NCBI GenBank assembly: GCA_029261575.1
Contig: JAJDBD010000088.1
Coordinates: 13,524 to 77,523 of the forward strand
DNA: 64,000 nucleotides
Origin: Nitrospinaceae bacterium
GTDB lineage: Bacteria; Nitrospinota; Nitrospinia; Nitrospinales; JACRGP01
Direction: 5' to 3'
The notes beneath the pieces were generated by a model. The model did not search any database. It saw nothing but the letters and a program-made list of their open reading frames with translations, and was not told the origin of the DNA. A program made the position numbers and the translations under genes. Shown here piece by piece: positions 56,174 through 64,000 of this stretch; position 1 is the first letter of the stretch; each line of letters starts with the position of its first letter.

Positions 56174-57469
56174 ATGATAAAAAAAATTAAAGCATTGTTG
56201 ACGTTTTTTGTGATCGCCCTGGCTCTTTTGGAATTGTGCAGTTTCCTGGCGTTTCCCTATTTGGCGGGGAAACCTTTCGGCCTACAAGCTCTCAACAAAG
56301 AAAGGGAGTCCAGATTGACCCTCCTGAGAGAAAAGCTGGGTTCCTATGCAGAAGAGGATACCCGATTGTATTATTTGCATCCTTATTTAGGCTACAGCGG
56401 TCGACCTGGAAGAAATTCGTTTGGTCAGATTTTCGACGAATATGGGTTTTTGAGCGGGAGCGCGCCTTTTCCTTACAAAAAACAAGGAGACGAATTCGTA
56501 GTGGCCGTTTTGGGCGGGAGCGTAGCCGGCAACTTCGCCTATGCCAGCGCGTCCGATTTGCAAAGACACTTGAGCCAACTCGACGCCGACTTCTCCAACA
56601 GACAAATCGTTCTGGTCAACCTGGCCAACGGAGGTTTCAAACAACCCCAGCAGTTGATAGCTCTCATTTACGCTTTTTTTCTAGGAGCGGATTTCGATTT
56701 TGTGTTGAATCTGGACGGGTTTAACGACACGGCCTTAGCGGTAGAAAATCTGAATTATAAAATTAACCCCCTTTTCCCTTCGGGGTTTCATATGGGGTTT
56801 ACTTCAAAGGGAGCCGAAAAGCTCGACGCCAATACGGTGGACAATCTTTATAAACTTCGCCGGGTTCTTAAAAACGAAAACAGATTATTGAAAACTCTCG
56901 ATAAGGCGCCGTGGAGGTACAGCGTTTTTCTAAATACCTTCACCGCTTTATGGACCGAAAAATCAAAAAAGAAGATAAAACTTTTAAACTATAATCTGGC
57001 AAAACAGGCCCAGGAAAGCATCTTGCCGGATTTTCGCGGCCCGAAATTTGATTCCACAAAAAACCCTTATTATTTGGCCATCGACGCCTGGTTGACCGGC
57101 TCAGAATTGATTTACGCTCTGAGCCGCGGCAAAGGATTGCCATACGCGCACGTTCTTCAACCCAATCAATATTACCAGGACAGCAAACCGCTTTCCGCCA
57201 ATGAAATAAAAATCGCCTACGCTCCCCAGCATAGCTGGAACCGTATCGCCAAGGAAGCCTACCCCTTGTTGGTCGAACAGGGAAAGGAAATGATAAAATA
57301 TAATTTTCCTTTTTACGACGCCACCCAGGTCTTTAAACATGTGAAGGAGGATATATATGTCGACATTTGCTGTCACTTCAACGACAGGGGAAACGAATTG
57401 CTTTCGGCGGAGATTGCCAAAGCCATCGCGACCGAAATGAAGAAAAAGAAAAACCGAATTGGGCGATGA
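56174..57469 (+). CDS. Membrane-anchored SGNH-like protein (paralog-like to 33102-34268)
   Basis: N-terminal TM helix. Block-like motifs VAVLGGSVAGN, LANGGFKQPQQ and LDGFNDTA occur in the same order as SGNH blocks I-III. This is weaker evidence than for 33102-34268. Confidence 0.45.
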   Translation: MIKKIKALLTFFVIALALLELCSFLAFPYLAGKPFGLQALNKERESRLTLLREKLGSYAEEDTRLYYLHPYLGYSGRPGRNSFGQIFDEYGFLSGSAPFPYKKQGDEFVVAVLGGSVAGNFAYASASDLQRHLSQLDADFSNRQIVLVNLANGGFKQPQQLIALIYAFFLGADFDFVLNLDGFNDTALAVENLNYKINPLFPSGFHMGFTSKGAEKLDANTVDNLYKLRRVLKNENRLLKTLDKAPWRYSVFLNTFTALWTEKSKKKIKLLNYNLAKQAQESILPDFRGPKFDSTKNPYYLAIDAWLTGSELIYALSRGKGLPYAHVLQPNQYYQDSKPLSANEIKIAYAPQHSWNRIAKEAYPLLVEQGKEMIKYNFPFYDATQVFKHVKEDIYVDICCHFNDRGNELLSAEIAKAIATEMKKKKNRIGR

Positions 57470-57475
57470 GAGTCC

Positions 57476-57501
57476 CCGGTTATCTGCCGGGCAAATAACG
57501 G
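57476..57501. terminator. Candidate bidirectional hairpin between convergent genes
   Basis: CCGGTTATCTGCC-G-GGCAAATAACGG is an imperfect stem-loop in the 66-nt gap between the 56174-57469 (+) and 57536-58765 (-) genes. It has no clear U-tract. Confidence 0.3.
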
Positions 57502-57535
57502 ACCAGATCAAACAAAGGGGAAATGGGAAGTTTGT

Positions 57536-58765
57536 TTAGGATTGAACGGACCGGGTCTTTATGAGTTTTATCAGATCTTTCATAAAGGGTATTTTTTTTA
57601 CCAGGGTTTTACCTTGGACAAGGTAAACGGGCCAGCGCGCCGGAAACTCTACAATGAATTGATACCCGCGCTCTATTGTTTTCCAAACGGTCCGGAACCA
57701 TTCATATCTGTTGCAATAAATCCTGATTAGGGATTCGCCTTTGGCGCGCCATCCGCCCGTCTGGGCCTCCAGAACCGCGATTCTTGGCGAGGCGAATTTC
57801 AAGTACGCCGAAACGGCGGCGGTTTTTTTTCCATGAAAGAAAACCCCGCAGGCAAGTTCCTGCAGATCTTTTTCGGTAAACTCCTCCATCCAACGCATGC
57901 TGAACGGATTGTTGTTGTATTCCTCCTTAATTTCGTTGACCGTTGAATTGACAAAATCCTTGTGATTTTCAGGACTCAATTTTTGCGACCAAACGTTCAA
58001 AATCCAGACCAGCGTGAAGGACGGGTATTGATGGGACCGGGCGCCCGAATTTATTTTGTCGAAATTGCCGAACAATTCTTCTACCCCCGCCGTGGTCATA
58101 TTAAAAAATTGATTGGGGTAAGCGTGGACGGGGGACAGGAAGGCGGTTTCAATATAGACCTCCCCATTCGGTTCCAAAACCCGAAACAGCTCGTCCGAGG
58201 CCTGGAAGGGGTTGCGCAAATGTTCGAAAACCGCTCCGGAGAAAACGGTATGCAGGCTGGCGCTTTTAAACGGGAGTTTCATCGCCGAGGCCACGATCTC
58301 CGTATTGGGAACGGCGAAAATGTCCATTTTAATCAAGTTGTCAAAAGTGCCGGGTTGATTCCCCGAACCCAGGTTCAACACCGGGCGGCCTTCGGCCCTT
58401 CGTATGAATTCCAACCATTGTCCCGATAAGGGATTTTCCACCACCACTTCCGGGGTATAATCAAACGCCTCATCCGGGTCCGGCAACATGACGGGAATTC
58501 CGTTATGCACGGGATACTTTTGCCCGCAGGCGCGACAGACGATTTTATTCCCTAAAAGTTCCAGCGAATCTTCGTCGGCGCATACAACACAGCGCAAAAG
58601 CGGAAAGATAAATTCCCGCAACTTTTTATTTTTCAATTTGAGTTTTTCAGGTTCTGTCAAGTTCCGACTCGAAAAAAGCCGCTGGGGGTAACAGGCGGAA
58701 TTTAAGGGTATTTTATTGTAGGCTTTTATCCATTTAATCTCTAATGAAAACTCATGGTCGGTCAA
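57536..58765 (-). CDS. Class I SAM methyltransferase with N-terminal Trm112-like zinc ribbon
   Basis: CVVC...CRACGQKYPVHNGIPVMLP (zinc ribbon), then motif I VLNLGSGNQP and VFSGAVFEHLRNP. Confidence 0.75.
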   Translation of the reverse strand: MTDHEFSLEIKWIKAYNKIPLNSACYPQRLFSSRNLTEPEKLKLKNKKLREFIFPLLRCVVCADEDSLELLGNKIVCRACGQKYPVHNGIPVMLPDPDEAFDYTPEVVVENPLSGQWLEFIRRAEGRPVLNLGSGNQPGTFDNLIKMDIFAVPNTEIVASAMKLPFKSASLHTVFSGAVFEHLRNPFQASDELFRVLEPNGEVYIETAFLSPVHAYPNQFFNMTTAGVEELFGNFDKINSGARSHQYPSFTLVWILNVWSQKLSPENHKDFVNSTVNEIKEEYNNNPFSMRWMEEFTEKDLQELACGVFFHGKKTAAVSAYLKFASPRIAVLEAQTGGWRAKGESLIRIYCNRYEWFRTVWKTIERGYQFIVEFPARWPVYLVQGKTLVKKIPFMKDLIKLIKTRSVQS

Positions 58766-58900
58766 AAGGCCTTGCTCGCTTTAAAGAAAGAGAACGAGGC
58801 GCCGGAATATTGTCGTTTGGTTCCAATTTAAACCCTGTGATAAACTTTTTGGACAGGCTTCTTTAGCGCTTTTTAAACGCGCTCCCCTATTGAGATAATC

Positions 58901-60280
58901 ATGAACGTCCTGCTCCTGCGTCCTCCGGCTATGGGGGAAAATATTTCCAAAGTCCTGCCGCTGGGTTTGCTCGCCATAGGCTCTGCATTAAAGGACGAAG
59001 GCCATCGCGTTGCCGTCCTCGACCTGCGCATGTTCGCTTTTCCCGAAAAGGAATTGCGCCGACGCCTGGGCGAATTCGATCCCGGCCTCGTGGGAATCGG
59101 TTTGATGACGGTGGAAAGCGACGCGGCTTTCGCGTTGGCGCAAACGGTCAAATCCCTTCGGCCCAAAACCCAGATCGTTTTCGGCGGACCCCATTGCGCC
59201 CACGACCCGCAATTCATTTTGCATGATCGCAACGTGGACTTCATGGTCGTCGGCGAAGGCGAGCGCACGATCGTTGAACTGACCGCCGCCGTTCAATCGC
59301 GCGGCGAACTGGAACAGGTCGACGGCCTGGCGTTTCGACGCGACGGCGAATACGTCATGACAGGCGAACGCAAACCGATCCCGAATCTCGACGCGCTGAA
59401 TATCGATTACGGCCTGCTGGACGTTGCCCGCTATTTCAAACCGGAATGTTCGCACGAATACCTCCCCGCCACGCGCCGGTTTATGCCGATCATGACTTCG
59501 CGCGGATGCCCCTACACTTGCATCTACTGCCATGAAGTGTTCGGCAAGACCATGCGCTACCGCTCGCCGCAAAAAGTTCTGGAGGAAATGCGCTACCTGC
59601 AAACAACCTACGGCGCGCGCGAGTTTCATATTCTCGACGACGTCTTCAACATCAATATGAAACGCGCCAAGGAGATCCTCGGACTCGTCGCGCAAAGCGG
59701 AATGAACGTAAAAATCTCTTTTCCCAACGGCCTGCGCGCGGACCTGATCGACGAAGAGTTGATCGACAAGATGTGCGCCGCGGGCGTGTACCGCCTGGCG
59801 CTCGGCATCGAGTCGGGATCGGAGCGCGTACAGGGGACTTTATCCAAACGGCTGAAGATCGGCGTCGTCCCGCCGGTGGTGCGCCGGTTGTCGCAAGCGG
59901 GAATCAGCGTCAACGGATTTTTCATGCTCGGCTTTCCCGGCGAAACCCGCGAGGAAATGGAGGAGACCATCCGCTTCGCCTGCGACCTGGATTTGAGCAC
60001 CGCGTTGTTCTCCCTGGTCATCCCCAATCCAGGAACAAAACTGAGAACCCTGGCCGTGGAAGAGGGCGCCCAGAGCAACCAGGATTTCTCCGACTATTCG
60101 ATCAACGCCGTGAACGGCAACGCCAGCCGGGTGGAAGCCAGGGAATTGATTGCCCTGCAAAAGAAAGCTTACCGAAAGTTCTATCTGTCGCCCCGGCGCA
60201 TGTGGAAAGTTTACAGGACCACCCCGGCGAAATCCTTGCTGGCGGGAAAGTTTTTTTCATTCTTAAAACTGGCAGGCTAA
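58901..60280 (+). CDS. B12-binding-domain radical SAM protein (class B)
   Basis: N-terminal Rossmann-like cobalamin-binding region (LLLRPP...LGLLAIGSALKDEGHRVAVLD), then SRGCPYTCIYC (CxxxCxxC). Confidence 0.85.
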   Translation: MNVLLLRPPAMGENISKVLPLGLLAIGSALKDEGHRVAVLDLRMFAFPEKELRRRLGEFDPGLVGIGLMTVESDAAFALAQTVKSLRPKTQIVFGGPHCAHDPQFILHDRNVDFMVVGEGERTIVELTAAVQSRGELEQVDGLAFRRDGEYVMTGERKPIPNLDALNIDYGLLDVARYFKPECSHEYLPATRRFMPIMTSRGCPYTCIYCHEVFGKTMRYRSPQKVLEEMRYLQTTYGAREFHILDDVFNINMKRAKEILGLVAQSGMNVKISFPNGLRADLIDEELIDKMCAAGVYRLALGIESGSERVQGTLSKRLKIGVVPPVVRRLSQAGISVNGFFMLGFPGETREEMEETIRFACDLDLSTALFSLVIPNPGTKLRTLAVEEGAQSNQDFSDYSINAVNGNASRVEARELIALQKKAYRKFYLSPRRMWKVYRTTPAKSLLAGKFFSFLKLAG

Positions 60281-60984
60281 TGAAGGAAACCGTCAAAATT
60301 TCCATCGTCGTCCCGGTTTACAACGAGGCTCCCTGCCTTGTGGAGCTTTACGACCGGTTGCAAGCAACGGCGCGCGGACTTCATAAAACGTATGAAATAA
60401 TTTTTGTCGACGACGGCAGTCGCGACGGATCGTTGGAGATTTTGCGGGACATGCAAAACCAAAACGACTCGGTCCGGCTGATCGCCTTGCCGGAAAACCT
60501 CGGACAACAGAAGGCGGTGTGGCGCGGATTCCAGGCCAGTCGCGGAGAGATTATCGTCCAACTCGATTCCGATTTGCAGAATCCGCCGGAAGAAATCCCC
60601 AAACTTATTACAGCCATGACGCCGGAAGTCGATCTGGTCTGTACGCGCCCCAGCCTGCGGCGCGACCGCTCATGGCGGGTGTGGGGATCGCGCCTGGCGC
60701 ATCGCGCCGGAGCGTTGTTGTTCGCGGACGCCGGAGCGCTCAACCTGGGATCCTTCCGCGCTTTGAAAAAAAACGTGGTCGATCGAATGGAAACGGCGGG
60801 CGACCGGCGCTACATGGCCGCGCTCATGAGCCGGATGAACCTGGTCCGCGTGGAAATAGAGGTCGACCACCATCCAAGACCGCGCGGCCAGACGAAATAC
60901 AATTTTATTTCGCTGGCGCGGCTCGCCGGAGTGTTGGTCGCCGAGGGATTGAAGCAGGTCGTTCGCAAACTACAGCCCTTATAA
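60280..60984 (+). CDS. Glycosyltransferase family 2, polyprenyl-phosphate sugar synthase-like (DPM1/ArnC/GtrB type), no TM tail
   Basis: ISIVVPVYNEAPCL...IFVDDGSRDGS...QLDSDLQNPPEE. Start at MKETVK overlaps the upstream stop (TAATG). The long upstream extension in the ORF track is rejected. Confidence 0.8.
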   Translation: MKETVKISIVVPVYNEAPCLVELYDRLQATARGLHKTYEIIFVDDGSRDGSLEILRDMQNQNDSVRLIALPENLGQQKAVWRGFQASRGEIIVQLDSDLQNPPEEIPKLITAMTPEVDLVCTRPSLRRDRSWRVWGSRLAHRAGALLFADAGALNLGSFRALKKNVVDRMETAGDRRYMAALMSRMNLVRVEIEVDHHPRPRGQTKYNFISLARLAGVLVAEGLKQVVRKLQPL

Positions 60985-61125
60985 ATAAGGCTGGGCAAAG
61001 CGCCCACCGAAAAGATTTGATTTGCAAACCCAACGTGACTTGTACATTCGCCGTATAAGCGACGCCTATTGGGTCCAGCGTCAAGCTGGCCCGCGCCGCT
61101 TGCCGGACAACCGTTGATTGCCGCC

Positions 61126-61995
61126 ATGGAAATCCAAAAACTCACCTCGCTCATCGTGGAACCGACCAACGCCTGCAACCTGCGTTGCTCCTTTTGTTTT
61201 GTGACCGAGGGAATGGAGCGTCCGGAGGGGTTCATGGACTGGACGCTTTATAAAAAAATTATCGACGAGACCCCGGGGCTGGAGCATCTGGTTTTGCACA
61301 ACTGGGGCGAACCGCTTCTGCATCCGAAAATTTTTGAAATGATCGATTACGCCGCGCAAGCCGGAGTTTGCCACGTCGTGATGAATACCAACGGCACGTT
61401 GTTGGACGACGCAAAAATCGAACGCCTGGTGCGGAGCGGACTGAGCATCCTGCGCTTTTCTATCGATGGGTTGGAGGGAACTTATAAAAACATTCGCGGC
61501 ATTTCTCTGGAAGTCGTCGAAAGCGCCCTGCTGAAGGTCAAAGCGCGACGGGATGCGCTGAGGCCGGACCTGCAACTGGGCGTTGTGTTCACCGTCGACG
61601 AGGAAACCTGCGCCGAGACGGAAGCTTTCCTACGACGCTGGGAGGGTCTGGCGGATCATGTTCGCCTGCAACCCAAACTGATCCGGCAACCGCGCCGGGA
61701 GTCCTGTCCGCAACCTTTCGGCAAAGACTATGGCCAACTCACCGTGTTGTGGGACGGCGCGGTCCTTCCTTGTTGCGTGGATTACAACGCCGAGCTTAAG
61801 CTGGGCGACGCCCGGACGCAGACCGTAAAAGAGATATGGAATTCCAGCGCGATGGCCGCCCTGCGCCGCCGCCACCTCGAGGGGGATTTACCGGAGACCT
61901 GCGCCGGGTGCAACGAATGCCAGACGCCGCAGGCGCCCAAGCGGTTTGCCAGCGCGACGCTACCAGCCGGGGTGACCCCCGGAGGCAATGTTTAA
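61126..61995 (+). CDS. Radical SAM protein with SPASM-like C-terminal Cys cluster
   Basis: EPTNACNLRCSFC (CxxxCxxC). C-terminal CPQPF...GAVLPCCVDY...CAGCNEC. Start at MEIQKL (61126). Confidence 0.8.
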   Translation: MEIQKLTSLIVEPTNACNLRCSFCFVTEGMERPEGFMDWTLYKKIIDETPGLEHLVLHNWGEPLLHPKIFEMIDYAAQAGVCHVVMNTNGTLLDDAKIERLVRSGLSILRFSIDGLEGTYKNIRGISLEVVESALLKVKARRDALRPDLQLGVVFTVDEETCAETEAFLRRWEGLADHVRLQPKLIRQPRRESCPQPFGKDYGQLTVLWDGAVLPCCVDYNAELKLGDARTQTVKEIWNSSAMAALRRRHLEGDLPETCAGCNECQTPQAPKRFASATLPAGVTPGGNV

Positions 61996-62401
61996 AGCCC
62001 CCTCTTGCAAAGGAGAGCTTTGCATAACTGCAAATCGACCGCTCAAACAGGAAACAGGAAGGCCTTTGGCCTCATGACGCCTCCTCATCCTCGCCTGTCG
62101 CTCCGTGAGCGCTCCCGCCAGGGGAGAAGGGAGGCTTGTTCCCAGTATTGACGTGGGTTTGCAGTTCGGCGCCGAAATAAGAAACTTTAATAATTCCTCT
62201 CCCTTGACGGGAGAGGACATAGGTGAGGGTGAATAATAACCCTTCCTCTTTTCCCGAAACGACGACTTGCGCAAAGCTCTCCTTGCAAAGAGGGCTGGGG
62301 TGATTCTTCCGCTAAAAATTTCAATGGTTAGTTCTTGCGCTGTTGAAACCTTGGGAATCCTCCCGACTCCCTTTGCAAGAGGGAGCCTTTTTAATTGCTA
62401 G
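61996..62401. repeat. Non-coding block of REP-like hairpins
   Basis: At least five imperfect palindromes of the CTCyC-N-GrGAG type: 62008-62030, 62110-62135, 62196-62236 (TCTCCC-TTGAC-GGGAGA followed by GGTGAGGGTGA), 62271-62300 and 62366-62386 (CTCCCTTTGCAAGAGGGAG). No credible ORF. Confidence 0.6.
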
Positions 62402-63265
62402 ATGATCGCGGGTTCTCCAATGACTACGCTATCCCCAACGACAAACGATCCCAATCGTGAAAAAATTCTGAACGCCAATCGCGCGGCGCATGCCCGCGAG
62501 GGAACCTTGTACCTTGCCCGCCATCCGGAGCAATCCAATTTTTATCAAACCCGTCTCCGTTCAAAGGCTCTCGACGAATTTTCTAAAATGGCGCTTCCCG
62601 GAGGCAACCTCCTCGACCTCGGTTGCGGAACGGGATACCTGACCCTCCCCTTGCTGGAGCGGGGTTTTCAGATGACGGCGGTCGACCTTTCGCCTGCAAT
62701 GATAGAAGCTCTGGCGGCTCGCCTCCCAAAAGATAAATTGACCGACTGCCGTTTGCGCGTCGAGGAAGCCGGAGATTTTCTGCGGCGGGAAGAAGCGCTT
62801 TACGACGGCGCAACGCTTTCGGCCCTGCTCCATCATCTTTACGATTATGAAGAAGTCATTGAGGCGATTTGCGCGAGGCTCAAGCCCGGCGCGCCGCTGT
62901 TGATTTACTTTGAACCCCTGAAAGACGCCGGGCATTCGCCTGCGGCCCATAAACTCCACCGCGCTCTGGCGGCGCTGGACGAAACGGTTTACCGGTTGGA
63001 AATGCGTTGGCGAGGGATTCCGTTGTTAGACGAGGAATACGTTTGGGCGGATTACCAGCGGCGCTTTGGCGGGATCGACTTCAACCGTCTGGAGACCATT
63101 CTAAAAAAATCGGGGATGGAAATTCTGCGCGTGGAAAAATTCTGTGCGCGCCGTTATGGATGGGCGTCCTGGATCGCTAACCGAATATTAAAAACGCCAA
63201 ACACTTTCAGCTTGCTCGCCCGCCGGGCAACGCCCGGCCAGCGTGACGCTGGACCCAGCGGTTGA
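62402..63265 (+). CDS. Class I SAM-dependent methyltransferase
   Basis: Motif I LLDLGCGTGYLTLPLL, then YDGATLSALLHHLYD and LKPGAPLLIYFEP. Confidence 0.8.
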   Translation: MIAGSPMTTLSPTTNDPNREKILNANRAAHAREGTLYLARHPEQSNFYQTRLRSKALDEFSKMALPGGNLLDLGCGTGYLTLPLLERGFQMTAVDLSPAMIEALAARLPKDKLTDCRLRVEEAGDFLRREEALYDGATLSALLHHLYDYEEVIEAICARLKPGAPLLIYFEPLKDAGHSPAAHKLHRALAALDETVYRLEMRWRGIPLLDEEYVWADYQRRFGGIDFNRLETILKKSGMEILRVEKFCARRYGWASWIANRILKTPNTFSLLARRATPGQRDAGPSG

Positions 63266-63422
63266 CGATTGAAAAGTTACCCTCAACTCGGATTCGAACT
63301 TTTCGAAATTTCCCTATTGCATTTGATATTCAATAGCGCCGAAGCCGGTCGCGTTTCCCATACAAGTTACGCCATCTGCCCCCGGGGGCTTCCCCGGTTG
63401 CCTCCAGGCGCTTGCCTGGCGG
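63266..63422 (-). repeat. Structured intergenic repeat, family 2, copy 2 (inverted)
   Basis: Its reverse complement aligns with 3833-3990 (exact 23-nt block plus GGCGTAACTT..TGGG.AACGC..CGG.TTCGGCG). It carries an extra CCGGGG-AAGC-CCCCGG hairpin. On the minus strand it begins right after the GGDEF-PilZ stop. Confidence 0.75.
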
Positions 63423-64000
63423 TCAGAGGTTGAGGTTTTCTTCTCCGTCGACGCCCAACAGCTCGCTCAGGAAATTGGCAAAACGGTTTTTCATCTGTCC
63501 TGCAAGGCGCAAAAAGGAAATCCCGATTTCGTAATTGTCGTCAAATTTTTCCACCCGCACCACTTTTCCGATGAGAACCAGACGAGAGTCCTCGTCCGGC
63601 AAGGGCATTTGCACCTGAAGGTGATCGCCCATTTGAAACGCTTTATCGCTGAGGAACAACAAGCCGCCCATGCTCAGATCCTTGCTCTTGACGGGCAGGT
63701 CTTTGGGCGGCGACTCGCTCAGGTCGTTTACCTGCACGTCGCCGATATAGTCGATGCGCAGGTATTGGCGCTTGTCTTCGGAAAACAGTTTGATGCGGTT
63801 TTTGCCCGCCGCCTTGGCGGCGTACATCGCCCGGTCGGCGCAACGCACCAAGCTGATTTCGTCGCTGGCGTCCATGGGATAGCCCGCCAACCCGCCGCTC
63901 AACGTGATGGAGAATTCGTCTCCACTGTAGGACATTTTTAAATCTTCCACCTTTTGCCGAATGCGCTCCCCGATGACCAGCGACTTTACCTTGTGCGTTT
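63423..64000 (-). CDS. Diguanylate cyclase (GGDEF domain, C-terminal part) fused to a PilZ domain; 5' end outside window
   Basis: The frame stays open to the window edge (…THKVKSLVIGERIRQKVEDLKMSYSGDEFSITLSGGLA…ADRAMYAAKAAGKNR, the GGDEF-domain C-terminus). It is followed by PilZ motifs RQYLR (RxxxR) and DLSMGG (DxSxxG). The GTG at 63950 in the ORF track is an internal Val. Confidence 0.8.
   Translation of the reverse strand, partial: THKVKSLVIGERIRQKVEDLKMSYSGDEFSITLSGGLAGYPMDASDEISLVRCADRAMYAAKAAGKNRIKLFSEDKRQYLRIDYIGDVQVNDLSESPPKDLPVKSKDLSMGGLLFLSDKAFQMGDHLQVQMPLPDEDSRLVLIGKVVRVEKFDDNYEIGISFLRLAGQMKNRFANFLSELLGVDGEENLNL

Noticed and set aside
59773-60279. Upstream extension of the GT2 ORF (the ORF track starts it at 59773, giving 403 aa).
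   Set aside because: The extension overlaps the B12-radical SAM gene in another frame and is Arg/Gly/Pro-rich. A GT2 N-terminus (MKETVKISIVVPVYNE) begins at 60280, overlapping the upstream stop.
61960-62274. 104-aa minus-strand ORF spanning the REP-like hairpin block.
   Set aside because: It overlaps the 3' end of the radical SAM gene. Its sequence is dictated by the palindromic repeats (SPSP/GE-rich), and it has no start context or motif.

Overview
Bacterial chromosomal window with diderm-type gene content (TolC, Wza, RND efflux). I cannot assign a taxon from the sequence alone. (1) 1-18.6 kb, all + strand: the str/S10/spc/alpha ribosomal-protein supercluster (rpsG 3' end, fusA, tuf, rpsJ, rplCDWB, rpsS, rplV, rpsC, rplP, rpmC, rpsQ, rplNXE, rpsN type Z, rpsH, rplFR, rpsE, rplO, secY, adk, infA, rpmJ, rpsMKD, rpoA, rplQ). 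rpmD and map are absent. Several junctions are abnormally long because two families of structured repeats sit in them. (2) 19.3-37.5 kb, mostly +: a glycan (O-antigen/EPS-like) locus, part of it visibly lower in GC. It holds a MOP flippase, a Wzy-like polymerase, GT2/GT4 glycosyltransferases, an AsnB-like amidotransferase, an SGNH hydrolase, an O-antigen-ligase-TPR fusion, a radical SAM/SPASM enzyme and many SAM methyltransferases. (3) 37.5-42.6 kb (-): a Wza-like exporter plus a tight MaoC-FabG-FkbH-ACP-methyltransferase cassette. (4) 42.8-51.0 kb (-): a CusCBA-type Cu/Ag efflux operon. It is led by a small Cys/Met-rich lipoprotein, interrupted between cusB and cusA by a membrane HD-GYP phosphodiesterase fused to a YHS/TRASH metal-binding domain, and followed by an FMN-bind-like protein. 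(5) 51.0-52.5 kb: two small membrane proteins and elbB. (6) 52.7-63.3 kb: Wzm/Wzt O-polysaccharide ABC exporter (Wzt has a C-terminal glycan-binding domain), glycosyltransferases, an SGNH-like paralog, a B12-binding radical SAM, a second radical SAM/SPASM and more methyltransferases. (7) 63.4-64.0 kb (-): the 3' part of a GGDEF-PilZ gene. I recognised no rRNA, tRNA, CRISPR array, transposase or integrase. The most unusual items are the HD-GYP-YHS gene inside the cus operon, the repeat families inside the ribosomal operons, and the FkbH/ACP acyl cassette next to the exporter.
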